Positions 1-7,706 of a stretch of DNA of 47,518 nt are shown piece by piece. The stretch is taken from positions 1 to 47,518 of the forward strand of contig JAOZQG010000005.1 of NCBI GenBank assembly GCA_029932365.1, read 5' to 3'. The first letter of the stretch is position 1. Each line of letters begins with the position of its first letter. The DNA comes from a bacterium. GTDB taxonomy: Bacteria > 4484-113. The notes under the pieces are model-generated. The model worked only from the letters and a program-made list of their open reading frames with translations. It was not told the DNA's origin and did not search any database. Both the position numbers and the translations under genes were made by a program.

Positions 1-125
1 AACCCGGCGGGGGGACTGTGATGAATCACGGGCGCGACCCGCCGGTAACGCGCGACGCGTGATGGCGGATAAACCTGGAGACTTGCCAGCCCTTCTGGCT
101 GGTCACCACTCCCGCATTACAGAAG

Positions 126-179
126 GTGCGGCACGAGTCGCCGACGCGCCATAGCGCTATGGCGACGGCGCGACCGCAC
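126..179 (-). terminator. GC-rich imperfect hairpin with an 18-bp perfect palindromic core, just downstream of the lptC-like stop
   Basis: Core CGCCATAGCGCTATGGCG at 147..164 is a perfect palindrome. Flanking arms GTGCGG(126..131)/CCGCAC(174..179) and GTCGC/GCGAC also pair. A second hairpin, CCAGCC-cttct-GGCTGG, lies at 86..102. The U-tract is weak, so this could be an operator instead of a terminator. Confidence 0.3.
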
Positions 180-191
180 ACTACAGGGAAG

Positions 192-809
192 CTACAGATT
201 CACCCGGACGCCGCCGAGGACTTGCAGCGTGTCGTCTTTAACGTCCACGCGGATATCCTGAGCCTCCACCTTGAATGCGGGATCCACCAGCGTCGCGCGC
301 TTCAGCGTCAGCGCCGACTCGCGCTGGTTCCACACGACGCCCTCGGCGGTGAAGCGCATCTTCAGCGACGGTATCTCGCCGGAAAGCTCGCCGCTGACCT
401 CTGCGACTTCCTCTTTGAGCGTGTAGGTCAGATCGCGCGCCAAAAGATACAGCTTGCGCCGGTCTTTGAAGTAAAACTCAAGCTCGGCTTCGGGCAGGCT
501 GACAACACCTTCTTCGCTGAACGCTTCGCCGGACGACAGGCGCATCTGTATCTGCCCGTCCGGGCTGGAAAGGACGATTTCGGTTTCCTTGACGCTGACA
601 TCGGGCGGATTGGCCAGCAGCGGGTCTTCCCCCGCTTCTTCGCGCTCCTTCTCCAGCCGCGCTTCGGGCGGAGTGTAGCTCTCCGGGTCAAGAGCGATGC
701 GTCTGGCCTGCGGCGGGCGGAACAGGAAAACGAACGCAATCAGCGCCAGAACGACCACCGCGGCAAACGACCACAAAAGGCCATAGCTGTACTTCTGGTA
801 CCACTGCAT
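192..809 (-). CDS. LptC-like periplasmic LPS-transport protein (single N-terminal TM anchor plus OstA-fold-like beta domain)
   Basis: 205-aa ORF with one TM helix (LLWSFAAVVVLALIAFVFLF) followed by a ~170-aa beta-rich domain, matching LptC size and topology. It lies 47 nt downstream of aspS on the same strand, and an lptD-like gene is in the same window. The assignment is by pattern only. Confidence 0.5.
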   Translation of the reverse strand: MQWYQKYSYGLLWSFAAVVVLALIAFVFLFRPPQARRIALDPESYTPPEARLEKEREEAGEDPLLANPPDVSVKETEIVLSSPDGQIQMRLSSGEAFSEEGVVSLPEAELEFYFKDRRKLYLLARDLTYTLKEEVAEVSGELSGEIPSLKMRFTAEGVVWNQRESALTLKRATLVDPAFKVEAQDIRVDVKDDTLQVLGGVRVNL

Positions 810-856
810 GTCCTCACCAGCTTTGACGCCGGCGGCGGCGAGTTGTTCCGCGCAGC

Positions 857-2617
857 TCAGTCGTCGTCACTTGTCTTCAGCCCCAGTTCGGCGAGTTGAT
901 CCCCGCTCACATCCGAAGGCGCGCCGGTCAGCGGGCACTGCGCCCTCGTGGTTTTGGGAAAGGCGATGACATCGCGGATGCTGGACGTTCCCACCATCAG
1001 CGCGATGATGCGGTCAAGCCCTAGCGCGAAACCGCGATGCGGCGGGCCCCCATACTCGTAGGCCCTGAGCAAAAAGCCGAAGCGCGCCGTGATTTCGTCG
1101 TCGGTCATCCCCAGATTGCGCAGGATGCGCCGCTGGAGCTCCGGCTCAAACACGCGCAGGCTGCCGCTGCCGAGTTCCACGCCGTTTAGCACCAGGTCGT
1201 AGGAATCTGCGCGCACCTTCAGCGGGTCGCTTTCCAGCAGCGGAATGTCTTCCTCCAGCGGCGAGGTGAACGCGTGATGCATCGGCACCGGCTCTCCCGT
1301 CTCCTCATCCGGCTCGTAAAGCGGAAAATCAACCACCCAGCAGAAGTGGAAACCCTCAGCTTTCGGCACGCTGAATGCCTCCGAGATGTGCACGCGGAGC
1401 TGCCCCAGCACCGGTAGCAGTGAGATTGGCTCACCCGCCATCAGCATAAACGTGCCGTCGCCGGTTTCGCCGGCGATTTCCCGCATGCTTTCAAGGCGCT
1501 CTGCATCCACGAACTTGGCGAGCGCGCCAGTCGGCTCGCCGTCCTGCACACGCAGCAGCGCCACGCCGCCCCCGCCACGCTTGCGGACGAAAGCGTCAAG
1601 CTCGTCTTCTTCCTTGCGCGAGGGCTTCACCTCCGGCACGAAAATACCTTTCACCGCGCCGCCCGCGTCCAGCACCTTCGCGAAGATGCGAAACTCGGTT
1701 TTCGCGAAAGCGTCGCTGAAATCGTGTATCTCGCAGCCGTAGCGGATATCGGGTTTGTCGGCGCCGAAGCGCGACATCACCTCGTCATAGGTGTATACGG
1801 GGAAGGGGCGCTTCACCTCAACGCCGAGGGTTTCTTTGAATATATGCGCCATCGAGCCTTCGCCGACTTCAAAAAGCTCGTCGCGAGTGACGAAGCTCAT
1901 CTCCAGGTCGAGCTGGGTGAACTCCGGCTGGCGATCGGCGCGCAGGTCTTCATCGCGGAAGCAGCGCGAAAGCTGGAAGTAGCGGTCGGTGCCCGCAATC
2001 ATCAGCGTTTGCTTGAGCAACTGCGGCGACTGCGGCAAAGCGTAGAACTTCCCGGGCTGAATCCTGCTGGGCACAAGATAGTCGCGCGCGCCTTCGGGGG
2101 TGCTTTTGGTGAGTATCGGCGTCTCTATCTCCCAGAAACCCAGGCTGTCCAGGTAACGGCGCAGCTCGAAGAACGCCCGGTGGCGTATCTCCATTATACG
2201 CACCATCGGCGGACGGCGCAGGTCTAGGTAGCGGTACTGCATTCGCAGCACGTCGTCGGAAGGCGTTTCGTCTGTGATGTAAAACGGCGGAGTTTTGGAT
2301 TCGCCGAGAATCTCGATGCCCTCCGGCACAAGTTCGCGGTCGCCGCCGGGCTCGTCCTTGCGCTCATCCTCGGGGCGCAGTTTGATGACGCCGGTGACGC
2401 TGACAACAAACTCGGCGCGCAACTTGCGGGCTATTGCGTGCGCGCCGGGATTCTCGCTCTCGTTGACCCGCACCTGCAGGCTGCCCCAGCGGTCGCGCAG
2501 GCGGAAGAAAACGAGGCTGCCCAAATCCCGCTGGCGCTCCACCCAGCCCATAAGCGTGACCTGCGTTTCGGGCGCAACCAAAAAGGCTTCGCCAACCAGA
2601 TGTGTACGTTTTTGCAT
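857..2617 (-). CDS. aspS: Aspartate--tRNA ligase (class IIb AspRS), 586 aa
   Basis: Has an N-terminal OB-fold and class II motifs (FRDEDLRADRQPEFTQLDLEMSF; GGPPHRGFALGLDRIIALM). Start set at ATG 2617 (MQKRTHLVGE) with a GGGAGAG SD upstream. The ORF-track start at 2662 overlaps the predicted -10. Confidence 0.93.
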   Translation of the reverse strand: MQKRTHLVGEAFLVAPETQVTLMGWVERQRDLGSLVFFRLRDRWGSLQVRVNESENPGAHAIARKLRAEFVVSVTGVIKLRPEDERKDEPGGDRELVPEGIEILGESKTPPFYITDETPSDDVLRMQYRYLDLRRPPMVRIMEIRHRAFFELRRYLDSLGFWEIETPILTKSTPEGARDYLVPSRIQPGKFYALPQSPQLLKQTLMIAGTDRYFQLSRCFRDEDLRADRQPEFTQLDLEMSFVTRDELFEVGEGSMAHIFKETLGVEVKRPFPVYTYDEVMSRFGADKPDIRYGCEIHDFSDAFAKTEFRIFAKVLDAGGAVKGIFVPEVKPSRKEEDELDAFVRKRGGGGVALLRVQDGEPTGALAKFVDAERLESMREIAGETGDGTFMLMAGEPISLLPVLGQLRVHISEAFSVPKAEGFHFCWVVDFPLYEPDEETGEPVPMHHAFTSPLEEDIPLLESDPLKVRADSYDLVLNGVELGSGSLRVFEPELQRRILRNLGMTDDEITARFGFLLRAYEYGGPPHRGFALGLDRIIALMVGTSSIRDVIAFPKTTRAQCPLTGAPSDVSGDQLAELGLKTSDDD

Positions 2618-2650
2618 ATACGCTCTCCCGGATGCAACGCGCAAAGCCCG

Positions 2651-2659
2651 ATGATAACA
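2651..2659 (-). promoter_or_regulatory. Extended -10 element TGtTATCAT for aspS
   Basis: The minus-strand sequence tgttatcat lies about 33 nt upstream of the aspS ATG and downstream of the 2701..2727 hairpin. Confidence 0.35.
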
Positions 2660-2700
2660 CACGGAGAGCTGGTATCATCGGTAACGGGCGTGAATGCGAA

Positions 2701-2727
2701 GCAGCCGACTCTCCATGAGTCGGCTGC
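2701..2727 (-). terminator. Stem-loop after the giant lipoprotein gene
   Basis: Perfect 11-bp stem GCAGCCGACTC / GAGTCGGCTGC with a 5-nt loop, 27 nt downstream of the stop at 2754. On the minus strand it is followed by ttcgcattc, a weak U-tract. Confidence 0.45.
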
Positions 2728-2753
2728 TCAATAATAAATGGCAAAAACGCGCC

Positions 2754-5700
2754 TTACGGATCAACGATCTTAACCCACCAGCATTCGACGGCGAACGTTT
2801 CCGGGCCGTCAAGCACGAAATTATCAAAGGCGGTTACGCCACCAGGCACTGCGATGTGCAAATCCTCGCTGACGAGATCGCCCGTGCCGGCCGTATTGCC
2901 GTCCTGCGCCACAATCTCACCGCCGTAGTAACCGGTGAGGTTGATCGTGTCCGCCGTTGTCGAGTAATGCTCAATGTGAACGACCACGTCACTTACGGGA
3001 AAGCTCACCGGAAGCATATCCAGATAGAAGGTGACAGCGCCACTTACCCAAAGGTACGAACCCTCTTTGCTGTAAAAGACGGGGCTGCCGTAGTCTAGCT
3101 CGGTCATGAACGCAGCAATCACAGTGTCGCCAGTGGGAGTTGCCTGGTCGTCGTAGTACGTATCCAAACCGTAGTCCGCGCCGGGCATTATCTCGCCTTC
3201 AGGCAACGTGCACAGGTATACGTACCAGGTGATTGCGTCGGGAAGAGGCACGCCGTCCTGCCCGTCCACACCATCAGCGATATCATCGGGATTGCCGGTC
3301 CCGGTTCCACCCAACCCTCCGGCGCCTGGCGGGTCTCCGCCGCCGCCATCTCCACCATCGCCGGCAGAGCCGCCGTTCGTTCCCTGGCTTCCGCCCGGAC
3401 TACCCGCGTTTCCCGCAGTTGAGCTGGCATCGCCGCCTCCTCCACCATCGCCGCCGGCTTCACGCATAGCTTTGTTACCGCAACTTGCGCCGTCGCCGCC
3501 GTCGCCAGCGTTTGCAGTTGAGTTCCCGCCGTTACCGCCGGTCTTGCTGCCGTTGCCTGTGGCATCCGCACCCGTACCACCAGTCGCAGTAGCAGCGCCG
3601 CCGTCGCCGCCGGCACCGCCGGGGCACACATTGCAGTCTCCGCCGTTTCCACCGGTAGCTGTAGCGTTACCGCCTTCTCCGGCGTTGGAAGTCGCCTGGC
3701 CATCCACGCCACCCCCGCGTCCGGCTTTGCCGTAACGCGAATGTGCATTGCCGCCGTTTCCACCGGTTGCGGTTGCGCTCTTGCCCGCCTGGCAAGCTGC
3801 GCCGTGTTCCGGCAGAGCAGTCGCAGGGCCGCCTTCTCCGCCATAGGCATCGGCATCGCCGCCGTCTCCAGCAATCCTTCCTGAGCCTCCCTTACCACCG
3901 ATAGCTGTCGCCTTCGCGCCATTGCCACCAGTCGCATCCGTTGGTCCTGGCGGGTTAGCGACGGCAGCGCCACCGTAACCTCCCCAGGCCTCGCAGTCAC
4001 CACCGTCTCCGGCCTTGAAAGCGTCCGCGGCAATTGCTCCAAAGGCGCCAAACCGACCGGACAGATAGGCGTTACCGCCCCTGCCACCCTTAGCATAGGC
4101 TCTGTCGCCGTCACCACCTGTCGCGGTGGTCACGCAGTCGGCATCGCCGCCGTCTCCGCCAGTTGCGTCAGCCCAGCCGCCGATGCCGCCCTTGCCGCCT
4201 TGGACAGTCACGTTTGCTAGCCCAATGACATTTCCCCTAATAGCAACGGACTTGGAGCCTTTGCCACCAGTGCCACCGTATGCGGAAGCTCTGCCACCGT
4301 CTTGCCCCTGCGGGCACTGGGCGGCTCCGTCACCGCCGTCAGCGGTAGCATCGCCACCATTGCCGCCGCTTCCGGGATTCATAGTTACAGCGCCGGTGAA
4401 TTCCAGGCCTTGCGTGGCGGCAATCCGGAGAAGGTATCCCGCGTCACCGCCTCTACCACCTCTGGCATAAGCGTTTCCGCCTGGAGGTGCGTCGGCATCG
4501 GCTGAACCGCCGTCGCCGCCGTCGCCGCTGGCGAAGGTTACTCCGCCCCTGACGGTCAGTTTCCCCGCGACGAGTATTTGAAGGCTGCCCCCCTTGCCGC
4601 CGTTCCCGCCGCGAACGTTCACACCTGCGCGATCTACCCCGTCACCGCCATCCTGCGCCTTAATGTTGCCGCCGTTGATGACTGTGTCACCCCGGGAGCG
4701 AAGCAGGGCGCGCTTGCCCTTGTGACCCGGCTGCGCCGAGCCGCCGTTGTAGTTTATGTTGTATGACCCGTCGGGATTCTGCACAATCTGCGACGCAGAC
4801 AGCGATGAAGTTGTCGTTGGCGAGAAGACGTAGACGGATGCTGTGGCAGTCGATTCGTTCAGGTCTGTATCAGTGACGACAAGCGTTACCTGGTAGCGCC
4901 CGGCCGCCGTATAAGTGTGCGAAGGGTCAGACTCCGTTGAGCCCCCGCCATCACCGAAATCCCAGGAGTAGGTAAGATCCAGCCCCTGAGGATCCAGGGC
5001 TTCGGAGCTGAAAAACACCTCTTGGTCAGCCTCGACCACGAGGTCGGACGGTTCTATCCAGACCGCAGGCTCGTCGGGGATGTCCAGATCGCCGTCGTCG
5101 ATTACTACGCGAATCCACGACTGACAGCTTTCAGCGTCATCATCCGTTATCGTGAGAACCACATCGTAGTATCCAGTAGAAACGTACTCATGCACAGGGT
5201 CTTTTTCGGTAGAGGAGCCGCCGTCACCGAAAGACCACTCGTAGGTTACCGGTCCGCCGTCGGGGTCTGCGCCATCGCCGAAGAATGATATCTCGACCGG
5301 CAATTCAGGCAGGACGGTGTCGTGAATGATATCCGACGAAGCTGAGCCAACCGGCGGAAGCTGAGTTTCCGAACGCTCATCAGGCAGCACATCGAACTCC
5401 CACTCCTCAATTGTGGGGTCGTTGGTGATATCCAGGTTGCCCGACGAATCCAGCGTCGATGGCGTGTCCTCAGTGCCGATGGCTATTGCGCCGCCGTCGG
5501 TATGGATTATCAGGTCGCCTGCATCTTCCGGATCGCCGGGAGTGCTATTGTCCACGGTTCCTGTAATTGTGATGTCACCGTGGCCCTGGAAATCCATCCG
5601 GTAGCCGTCGCTTACAATCGTGCCCTCTATGTTGATATCGCCGCTTACATTGAAGACCGCGTCTCCTTCGACCGTAACTGTGACGCCAGCGGGGATGTTA

Positions 5701-6542
5701 ATAAAGGAGAAATTGTACGTACCGCCGCCCAGAACCACGTCGGATGTGGGGTTGAACGCCATTTCTGACGTTGAAACCACGCCCGAAGGCACTCCTTCTT
5801 CGGGGACGGCGTCGAAGGGCACTACCCGATAAAGGAGATTCTCCAGCGTTGATAGGCCATAAGTGAAGCTCAGGCAACCCTCGCCGGTTCCCGCGGAAAA
5901 CGGCACGGTGCTAATTTCGGGGAACGGCCCTTCCAGGTTGTCAGCGCCCTGTATCGAGTAACCTGCAACCTCGCTGGCGTAGTTCATGGCAATCGGAGTG
6001 ATATCGGCGATGTCGATTACCTCGTTGCCGCTTCCATCAATGACGTCCAGCAGCGAGTACTCCTCTTCCACAGCTTCGCCATAATGCATGGCAATCGGCG
6101 TTATGTCGGAGATGCCGACCGTTCCGTCTTGGTCGTAATCACCGCTGTTGCGGTAATGCCAGCTAAGCTCGTAGACTTCGGAGCCATAGTCGATGAGCAC
6201 AAGATCGTCCACGACATTAGCGTCGCCAGTGGGCGGAGTGGACACGATCCTGCCGGAGGCCCTATCGCTTAACTGCCGCGCGAGCTCATCCTTAAGCTCC
6301 TGGAAGAGCGTCGGGTCAACACCTTCTGGCACCGGAAGCGCGTCCAGGTCAGAAAGCTCCTGCGTCAGTGTAGTTTCAGTCTGTATCCCCGTAATCGGAG
6401 TCGCCGCGTTGATGCCCGGCCGAACCGGGGTTTTGCCCTTGTGCCCGCCGCAGCTCGCGAACGCCGCGAGCAGCACTGCCACTAACAAGAGCGTTGCTGG
6501 ATACAGCCATCTTGTCGTTCCTTTATTAGGAGTAAGCGCCAT
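2754..6542 (-). CDS. Mosaic surface lipoprotein, 1,262 aa: lipobox, dockerin-like Ca-loop pair, beta-helix-like segment, 2 PKD domains, ~480-aa GGxGG repeat array, unassigned 164-aa C-terminal domain
   Basis: Start at ATG 6542 with a GGGAGGG SD 4 nt upstream. Signal and lipobox: LLLVAVLLAAFASCGG. Dockerin-like loops: DYDQDGTVGISDITPIAMHYG and DGSGNEVIDIADITPIAMNYA. PKD signatures: YEWSFGDGGSSTEKDPVHEYVSTGYYDVVLTITDDD and YSWDFGDGGGSTESDPSHTYTAAGRYQVTLVVTDTD. Confidence 0.85.
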   Translation of the reverse strand: MALTPNKGTTRWLYPATLLLVAVLLAAFASCGGHKGKTPVRPGINAATPITGIQTETTLTQELSDLDALPVPEGVDPTLFQELKDELARQLSDRASGRIVSTPPTGDANVVDDLVLIDYGSEVYELSWHYRNSGDYDQDGTVGISDITPIAMHYGEAVEEEYSLLDVIDGSGNEVIDIADITPIAMNYASEVAGYSIQGADNLEGPFPEISTVPFSAGTGEGCLSFTYGLSTLENLLYRVVPFDAVPEEGVPSGVVSTSEMAFNPTSDVVLGGGTYNFSFINIPAGVTVTVEGDAVFNVSGDINIEGTIVSDGYRMDFQGHGDITITGTVDNSTPGDPEDAGDLIIHTDGGAIAIGTEDTPSTLDSSGNLDITNDPTIEEWEFDVLPDERSETQLPPVGSASSDIIHDTVLPELPVEISFFGDGADPDGGPVTYEWSFGDGGSSTEKDPVHEYVSTGYYDVVLTITDDDAESCQSWIRVVIDDGDLDIPDEPAVWIEPSDLVVEADQEVFFSSEALDPQGLDLTYSWDFGDGGGSTESDPSHTYTAAGRYQVTLVVTDTDLNESTATASVYVFSPTTTSSLSASQIVQNPDGSYNINYNGGSAQPGHKGKRALLRSRGDTVINGGNIKAQDGGDGVDRAGVNVRGGNGGKGGSLQILVAGKLTVRGGVTFASGDGGDGGSADADAPPGGNAYARGGRGGDAGYLLRIAATQGLEFTGAVTMNPGSGGNGGDATADGGDGAAQCPQGQDGGRASAYGGTGGKGSKSVAIRGNVIGLANVTVQGGKGGIGGWADATGGDGGDADCVTTATGGDGDRAYAKGGRGGNAYLSGRFGAFGAIAADAFKAGDGGDCEAWGGYGGAAVANPPGPTDATGGNGAKATAIGGKGGSGRIAGDGGDADAYGGEGGPATALPEHGAACQAGKSATATGGNGGNAHSRYGKAGRGGGVDGQATSNAGEGGNATATGGNGGDCNVCPGGAGGDGGAATATGGTGADATGNGSKTGGNGGNSTANAGDGGDGASCGNKAMREAGGDGGGGGDASSTAGNAGSPGGSQGTNGGSAGDGGDGGGGDPPGAGGLGGTGTGNPDDIADGVDGQDGVPLPDAITWYVYLCTLPEGEIMPGADYGLDTYYDDQATPTGDTVIAAFMTELDYGSPVFYSKEGSYLWVSGAVTFYLDMLPVSFPVSDVVVHIEHYSTTADTINLTGYYGGEIVAQDGNTAGTGDLVSEDLHIAVPGGVTAFDNFVLDGPETFAVECWWVKIVDP
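3297..4755 (-). repeat. Protein-level glycine-rich repeat array (GG[DNEKR]GG units) inside the lipoprotein gene
   Basis: More than 25 units such as ATGGNGGDA, GGDGGDADA, GGNGGNAHS and GGRGGNAY, with scattered Cys. The DNA is imperfect GGN-rich sequence rather than exact tandem copies. Confidence 0.7.
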
Positions 6543-6594
6543 CTTTCCCTCCCAGATTGCACAGTGTTTACGTGCAGTCACCACTCTTGAATGC

Positions 6595-6602
6595 ATTATA
6601 CA
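6595..6602 (-). promoter_or_regulatory. -10 element TGTATAAT for the giant lipoprotein gene
   Basis: The minus strand reads tgtataat about 53 nt upstream of ATG 6542. It falls inside the ORF-track N-terminal extension, which supports the internal start. Confidence 0.45.
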
Positions 6603-6719
6603 GCAAAGGACGCCGTGAGACGACGCTCTCTTGCCACCAGCCTTATTTCAGCCGGGCGCGCCAGGGCGCTTATTGAGTCGTCCGTCCTTTGACATAATAG
6701 CGGTTTCAGAGTATGGCTC

Positions 6720-6728
6720 TGCTAGAAT
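6720..6728 (+). promoter_or_regulatory. Extended -10 TGcTAGAAT immediately upstream of the PhnD-like gene
   Basis: tgctagaat ends 7 nt before GTG 6736, a leaderless geometry. An alternative is TTGACA (6689..6694)-N17-TATGGC. Confidence 0.35.
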
Positions 6729-6735
6729 CGGCAGC

Positions 6736-7668
6736 GTGAAGAAACTCATCCAGCCTGCAAGCATCATAATGCTCGTTGTCATCGCGCTTGCCGTCAGCAC
6801 GTGCAACCGACCTGCCGGGGACAGCGACGCGGATTCGGGGCCCGCTCTCGGCACCGACAGAAATCCCATTGTGATGGCGTTCGTCCCGTCTACGGAAGCG
6901 GAAAAGATTGTAGAAGGCGCCGGGACGCTGATGCAAATGCTGGAGGACGAGACCGGCTACAGGTTCAAGGACTACGTCGCGACAAGCTACATAGCGGTAG
7001 TTGAAGCGCTGGGCAAGGGACACGTGCACGTCGCCTGGCTGCCCACGCTCGCCTACGTGCTAGCGCACGAGCGAAACGGCGCGGAGGTCGTGCTCAAAGT
7101 CGCGCGCCACGGCAGGGATACCTACTACGGTTTGATCATCACGCGCGTAGATTCCGGCATTGACGAGCTAAGCGACCTGAAAGGCAAGACATTCGCTTTC
7201 GTGGAGGCCGCCAGCGCTTCGGGACATTTGTACCCGCGCGCGCTTCTGATGAGAAACGGCGTGGATCCCGACACCGACCTTGAGCGCTATATCTTTGCCG
7301 GCGGGCATGACAGCGCCGCGCTGGCGGTATACAAAGGCAATGTAGCAGCGGGCGCCATATACGAGGACGCGCGGGAAAAATTCAGCGAGACGATACCCGA
7401 AGTCCTCGAGCAGACGAAGATTATCGGAAGAACCGACCCCATACCCTCGGATACTGTAACCATCGCAGCCGATGTTCCGACCGCGATTGCGGACGCTATC
7501 ACGCGGGCGCTGCTCGATTTAGCGCACACCGAAGAGGGCCTGAAGGCAATGTACGACATCTATAACATCGAGGACCTGGTGCCGGCGAGCGATAGCGATT
7601 ACGACAGCGTGCGCGAGATGTCCAGCGTCCTCGATCTGGATCTGGAGAAGCAGGTTCGCGGCGATTAA
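6736..7668 (+). CDS. PhnD/SsuA-type periplasmic substrate-binding lipoprotein (phosphonate/phosphite-binding family), orphan
   Basis: IVMAFVPSTEAEK..YIAVVEALGKGHVHVAWLPTLAYVLA..GKTFAFVEAASASGHLYP..GGHDSAALAVYKGNVAAGA is the typical PhnD pattern. Start at GTG 6736 gives the signal VKKLIQPASIIMLVVIALAVSTC. No ABC permease or ATPase gene is adjacent. Confidence 0.72.
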   Translation: MKKLIQPASIIMLVVIALAVSTCNRPAGDSDADSGPALGTDRNPIVMAFVPSTEAEKIVEGAGTLMQMLEDETGYRFKDYVATSYIAVVEALGKGHVHVAWLPTLAYVLAHERNGAEVVLKVARHGRDTYYGLIITRVDSGIDELSDLKGKTFAFVEAASASGHLYPRALLMRNGVDPDTDLERYIFAGGHDSAALAVYKGNVAAGAIYEDAREKFSETIPEVLEQTKIIGRTDPIPSDTVTIAADVPTAIADAITRALLDLAHTEEGLKAMYDIYNIEDLVPASDSDYDSVREMSSVLDLDLEKQVRGD

Positions 7669-7706
7669 AATGGCTACAGCCTCGCTCGGCAAGACTGCCC
7701 TATCCA

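Noticed and set aside
126-899. 257-aa + strand ORF overlapping the lptC-like gene and the aspS 3' end
   Set aside because: It is antisense to a better-supported gene with TM plus beta-domain logic. It is Arg/Ala/Gln-rich with no motif, a typical GC-rich shadow ORF.
2618-2662. ORF-track N-terminal extensions: aspS 2618..2662, lipoprotein 6543..6596, lptD-like 10374..10415, pilA 20007..20045, ppdK 29694..29768, scpB 38717..38788, cyclophilin 39310..39360, redoxin 46234..46341
   Set aside because: Each extension overlaps a predicted -10 element or an upstream gene. The internal start has a good SD and/or yields a proper signal peptide or conserved N-terminus.
3188-4117. 309-aa minus-strand alternate-frame ORF and the 175-aa Pro-rich + strand ORF (3208..3735) within the Gly-repeat region
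   Set aside because: These are mirror or alternate-frame products of GGN-rich coding DNA (Pro/Ala/Arg runs). They have no start context and sit entirely inside the lipoprotein gene.
3297-4755. Calling the Gly-rich array a canonical RTX beta-roll or a PE_PGRS domain
   Set aside because: Only some units fit GGxGxDxUx, the period is irregular, there is no PE domain, and no T1SS C-terminal signal is evident. I kept it as an unclassified GGxGG array.
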